Assembly (NCBI GenBank): GCA_965223505.1
Contig: CBDCWP010000038.1
Coordinates: 128,001-192,000, forward strand
Reading direction: 5' to 3'
Length of the DNA stretch: 64,000 bases
Source: Planctomycetota bacterium
GTDB taxonomy: Bacteria; Planctomycetota; PLA2; JAEUHO01
In this document: positions 60,436 to 64,000 of the stretch, one piece after another
Layout of the letters: every line of letters begins with the position of its first letter
How positions within the stretch are numbered: position 1 is the first letter of the stretch
Position numbers and translations under genes: made by a program
The notes under the pieces: generated by a model
What the model was told of the DNA's origin: nothing
The model's database searches: none
What the model saw: only the letters and a program-made list of their open reading frames with translations

Positions 60436-61329
60436 ATGACGGCCCCGGAGACCGCTCGCGCCGACGCCTTCTTGGCCCAGGCGAAGGAACGTGTCGAGAT
60501 CGCGCTCGACGCCGCGTTGCCCACCGAGGCGACCGCGCCCGCGCGCCTTGCGGAAGCCATGCGCTACTCGACGCAAGCGGGCGGAAAGCGCTTGCGGCCG
60601 GCACTCGCACTCGCCGCATGCCGAGCCGTGGGCGGCGACGCCGAAGCGGCGCTGCCGTTCGCGTGCGCGCTCGAGATGATCCACACGTACAGCCTGATCC
60701 ACGACGACCTGCCCGCCATGGACGACGACGATCTGCGGCGCGGACGCCCGACGAATCACAAGGTCTTCGGCGAGGCCCTCGCCATCCTGGCCGGCGACGC
60801 GTTGCACACGCTCGCGTTCGGCGTGATCCTGCGCGAGGTCGCGGACGCGAAGACGGCGCGGCGGCTCGCGGCCGAGCTCGAGCACGCGGCCGGCTACGCC
60901 GGCATGGTCGGCGGCCAGGTCGACGACCTCGAAGGCGGCGGCCAGCCCCCCAACGAAGATCAGCTGTTGCGCATTCACGAACGCAAGACGGCCGCGCTGC
61001 TGCGCGCCGCGACCCGCGGCGGCGCGATCGCCGGTGGCGCCACCGACGCTCAGGTCGAGTCGCTCGGACGTTTCGGACACCACCTCGGGCTCGCGTTTCA
61101 GATCGTGGACGACGTCCTCGACGAGACCGGAACGGCCGAAGCGCTCGGCAAGACGCCCGGCAAGGACCGCGAGGGCGGAAAGATGACCGTCGTCGCCCTC
61201 GAAGGCGTCGACGCGGCGAAGCAGCGCGCGGACCGTGAGCGCGAGCTCGCGGAGGCAGCGGTGCGCGAGTTGCCCGACGCACAGCTGTTGATCGACCTCG
61301 CGCGTTTCGTCACGCGTCGGGATCGCTGA
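60436..61329 (+). CDS. ispA: Farnesyl/geranylgeranyl diphosphate synthase
   Basis: GGKRLRP, HDDLPAMDDDDLRRG and FQIVDDVLD motifs. Confidence 0.95.
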   Translation: MTAPETARADAFLAQAKERVEIALDAALPTEATAPARLAEAMRYSTQAGGKRLRPALALAACRAVGGDAEAALPFACALEMIHTYSLIHDDLPAMDDDDLRRGRPTNHKVFGEALAILAGDALHTLAFGVILREVADAKTARRLAAELEHAAGYAGMVGGQVDDLEGGGQPPNEDQLLRIHERKTAALLRAATRGGAIAGGATDAQVESLGRFGHHLGLAFQIVDDVLDETGTAEALGKTPGKDREGGKMTVVALEGVDAAKQRADRERELAEAAVRELPDAQLLIDLARFVTRRDR

Positions 61330-61741
61330 GCGCGATGCGAACGCCCTGCGGGTGTCCCCAACGCATGTCGTAGACCATGACCGCTTCGACGTCCGGCAGC
61401 GCGATGCGCAGCGTGCGCCGGTCATCGTCCGTCGCGTCGTTCGGCGCGGGCGCAGGCGACCATCGAACCTCGATCCGATGCTCCTGCGACTGCTCGTCCG
61501 GCGGGATGACCGCGTGCAGCAGACTTCCGGTCTTCGGCGGATGCACCAACACGAGCGTGAGCTCGGTTCCGCCGGCGCGCTTCACCAGGGACGTGCGTTC
61601 GACGTCGACGTAGCGGGCGGGGTAGTGATCCGCGAACATGAACCGGAGCACGCCGACGACGAGGACGACGAATCCGATCGCCAATACGGGAATGACCCAG
61701 CGCCAGATCGATCGCTCCGGATCCGGACGGTCCGCGGTCAC
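61310..61741 (-). CDS. Hypothetical single-TM protein
   Basis: GTGA overlap with the xseB stop; N-terminal TM. Confidence 0.55.
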   Translation of the reverse strand: MTADRPDPERSIWRWVIPVLAIGFVVLVVGVLRFMFADHYPARYVDVERTSLVKRAGGTELTLVLVHPPKTGSLLHAVIPPDEQSQEHRIEVRWSPAPAPNDATDDDRRTLRIALPDVEAVMVYDMRWGHPQGVRIALSDPDA

Positions 61742-62001
61742 TCGTCCGACTCGAGCCCGTCCTCGCCGACGCGTAGTGCCCGCTCGGCGATCTCGCCGTC
61801 GGACTCGGCGACGAGCTCGGCAAGCCGGGCCTCGGCGTCGTCCAGCATCTCGCGGCACTCGCGCAGGTGCTCGACGCCCTCCTTGTAGCGCTCGAGCGAC
61901 GCTTCGAGCGGCAGCTCCTCCCCCTCGAGATCCTGCACGACGGCTTCCAGCGCCTCCATGCGCGCTTCGAAGCTCAGCTCGCTCTTCTTGTCGGATGCCA
62001 T
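61738..62001 (-). CDS. xseB: Exodeoxyribonuclease VII small subunit
   Basis: SFEARMEALEAVVQDLE...LEASLERYKEG. Confidence 0.92.
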   Translation of the reverse strand: MASDKKSELSFEARMEALEAVVQDLEGEELPLEASLERYKEGVEHLRECREMLDDAEARLAELVAESDGEIAERALRVGEDGLESDE

Positions 62002-62084
62002 CCCGCGAGCATACCCCGGCGCGATCGACGTGGCGCACCCGTGCAAATGCCCCTTTGAAACTCCGTTTGCGCGACAATGCCGGG

Positions 62085-62888
62085 ATGGCCGTCCCCGTCC
62101 TCGTGCTCGTCGTGGCGCTCTACGCATCGGTCGCCACTGCGTACGTCGAGGCCCGGCGTCGCGGCGAGTCGGCCCCTCCGTCGTGGGCGCGCTGGACGGG
62201 CGTATTCACCGTCGCCGTCCACTTCGCCGGACTGCTCGCGCTGGCGATGAGCATCTCGAGCAGTCCGTTCGGCACCTCGAGCCAGGCGCTGTCCTTTCTC
62301 GCGTTCGCGCTCGGCGGGCTCTACCTGATTCTCGAGGCGACCAGCAAAGTCGACAGCTACGGCGGCTGGTTCTACGGACTCGCCGCGGCGATGGCCGCCG
62401 TCGGCGTCCCCGGTCTGATCGAAGCGGGACCGCCCGCCGCGAAAGCCGCCGATCCGGATCCGCTTCGTTCGTGGCACGTCGGCCTGGCGCTGCTGAGCAC
62501 GGCGGCCGTCGTCGTGAGCGGGCTCCTGGCGGCCGGCTACCTCGGCACCTACATGCGTGTGAAGCGCCGCGCGATTCGCGACACGGCCCGAGGGCCGTCG
62601 CTCACCGGCTTCCAGCGTCTGACGCGCAACGCGTCGTTCCTCGGCATGATGCTGCTCGCGCCTTCCGTCGTGTTCGGCATCAACGCGGCGACACGCGATC
62701 AGGCGCCGCCGTACCTGCTGATTCTCACGGCGTTCACCGCTGCCGTGCTCGTGCTGCTCACGCTCGCCTGGTTGATCTGGTGGCGTCGTCCGTTGCGCGG
62801 CGCGCTCGCCGCGTGGTTGAACGTCTCCGGCACGGTGTTGGTGTTCATCTCCGCGGGCGTCGTCCACCCGTTGGTGATCGCCGCCTGA
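62085..62888 (+). CDS. CcsA/HemX-like cytochrome c assembly membrane protein
   Basis: About 8 TMs with conserved His residues, PSL motif; directly upstream of hemA. Confidence 0.65.
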   Translation: MAVPVLVLVVALYASVATAYVEARRRGESAPPSWARWTGVFTVAVHFAGLLALAMSISSSPFGTSSQALSFLAFALGGLYLILEATSKVDSYGGWFYGLAAAMAAVGVPGLIEAGPPAAKAADPDPLRSWHVGLALLSTAAVVVSGLLAAGYLGTYMRVKRRAIRDTARGPSLTGFQRLTRNASFLGMMLLAPSVVFGINAATRDQAPPYLLILTAFTAAVLVLLTLAWLIWWRRPLRGALAAWLNVSGTVLVFISAGVVHPLVIAA

Positions 62889-64000
62889 TGGACGTGTACC
62901 AGGCCGGCATCGATCATCACTCGGCCCCGCTCGAGGTGCGCGAACGTCTCGCGCTCGATCGCGACGCGGCCATCGAGGTCGCGCGGTCGATCCACGCGGA
63001 AGGCTGGGTCGACGAGGCGCTCGTCCTCGCGACGTGCAACCGCACCGAGCTCTATGTCGTGAGCCGCGCGCCGCGCGCCCAGGAGCACGTCCTCGCGGCG
63101 TTGCTCGAGCGCATGCCCGAGGCGCCGCCGCCGGACGCGCCGTGCTACCGGCAGCAGTCGGGCGAGGCCGCCGCGCGGCACCTCGTGCGCATCGCCTGCG
63201 GACTCGAGTCGGCGATCCTCGGCGAAACGGAGATCCAGGGACAGGTGCGCGACGCGCACGAGCGCGGCCTGAGAGCCAACAGCGTCGGCGCGTTCCTCGA
63301 TCGTCTCCTGCGAACCGCGATCCGCGCCGGCAAGCGCGCGCGCGCGGAGACCAACATCAGCGCCGGCGGCCTTTCGCACGGAAGCGCGACGCTGCAGGTC
63401 GTACGACGCGTGTTCGACACGTTCGAAGACCGGCGCGTGCTCATCTCCGGCGCCGGTCAGATCGCCGCGCAGGCGGCGCGGTCGTTGAGCTCGCTCGATC
63501 AGGCCGCATTCGTCGTCGCGAATCGCACCAAGGCGAACGCCCGTGCCATCGCGAACGACTTGCCCAACGCCGAAGTCGCGCCCCTCGAGGACTTGCCCCG
63601 GCATCTGAGCGCGTGCCACGTCGCCGTCTTCGCGACCGGCGCCGACCCCCTGTCCGCCGACGACATCAAGTCGGCGCTGCACAAGCGCCGCGACCCCTTG
63701 CTCGTCGTCGACCTGGGGCTGCCTCGGTGCGTCGACGCGCGGGCAAGCGAGCTTCCCGGCGTGTTCCTCTACGATCTCGAGGCGCTCGAAGCGATGGTCG
63801 CTGATGCGCTCGAGGTGCGCCGCGGCGCGGTGATCGACGTCGACGCGATCATCGAAGGCGAGTTCGGCCGCTTCCAGACGTGGCATCGTTCGCTCGGCGC
63901 GTTGCCCGCGATCCGCTCGCTGCACGAGTGGGCCGAAGCGGTTCGCGCCGAAGAGCTCTCGTATCTGAGCGACGAGTGGAACGACGACCAACGGCGTTCG
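62888..64000 (+). CDS. hemA: Glutamyl-tRNA reductase (runs off window end)
   Basis: Manual translation: MDVYQAGIDHHSAPLEVRE..., TCNRTELY, GLESAILGETEIQGQ, GAGQIA, NRT. Confidence 0.95.
   Translation, partial: MDVYQAGIDHHSAPLEVRERLALDRDAAIEVARSIHAEGWVDEALVLATCNRTELYVVSRAPRAQEHVLAALLERMPEAPPPDAPCYRQQSGEAAARHLVRIACGLESAILGETEIQGQVRDAHERGLRANSVGAFLDRLLRTAIRAGKRARAETNISAGGLSHGSATLQVVRRVFDTFEDRRVLISGAGQIAAQAARSLSSLDQAAFVVANRTKANARAIANDLPNAEVAPLEDLPRHLSACHVAVFATGADPLSADDIKSALHKRRDPLLVVDLGLPRCVDARASELPGVFLYDLEALEAMVADALEVRRGAVIDVDAIIEGEFGRFQTWHRSLGALPAIRSLHEWAEAVRAEELSYLSDEWNDDQRRS

Overview
High-GC, gene-dense bacterial window with about 58 CDS. It is probably from a Planctomycetota-like organism (inference from ECF sigma factors with long membrane-anchored C-terminal extensions and a DUF11/OmcB-like protein). 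Recognisable loci: the 5' end of a narC-narG(nxrA-like) operon, two extended ECF sigma factors (one frameshifted), an MMPL transporter, an amidohydrolase/histidine kinase/sigma54 regulator operon, an imuA-imuB-dnaE2 mutagenesis cassette, two transglutaminase-like proteins with a CPBP protease, rsgA, an amgK-rapZ fusion with murU, mscS/mscL, and dxs/ispA/xseB/ccsA/hemA. I found no rRNA, tRNA, CRISPR array or intact transposase. The most notable signals are mostly non-coding: (i) two ~175-bp rod-hairpin MITE copies, each starting at a TAG stop codon, in inverted orientation around a 2.5-kb cassette that also holds a 7x amplified hairpin arm and a GTAG-type REP; (ii) a TAAC-N7-TAAC direct repeat inside the leaderless imuA promoter (candidate SOS operator); (iii) an 18-aa leader peptide/attenuator upstream of rsgA; (iv) an IS630-type HTH fused to a half-VOC module facing a VOC gene; (v) a sigma54-like promoter with three enhancer-like palindromes before the nar operon; (vi) widespread TAnnnT-N6/7-start leaderless architecture. 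All family calls come from manual motif recognition; no database searches were run.
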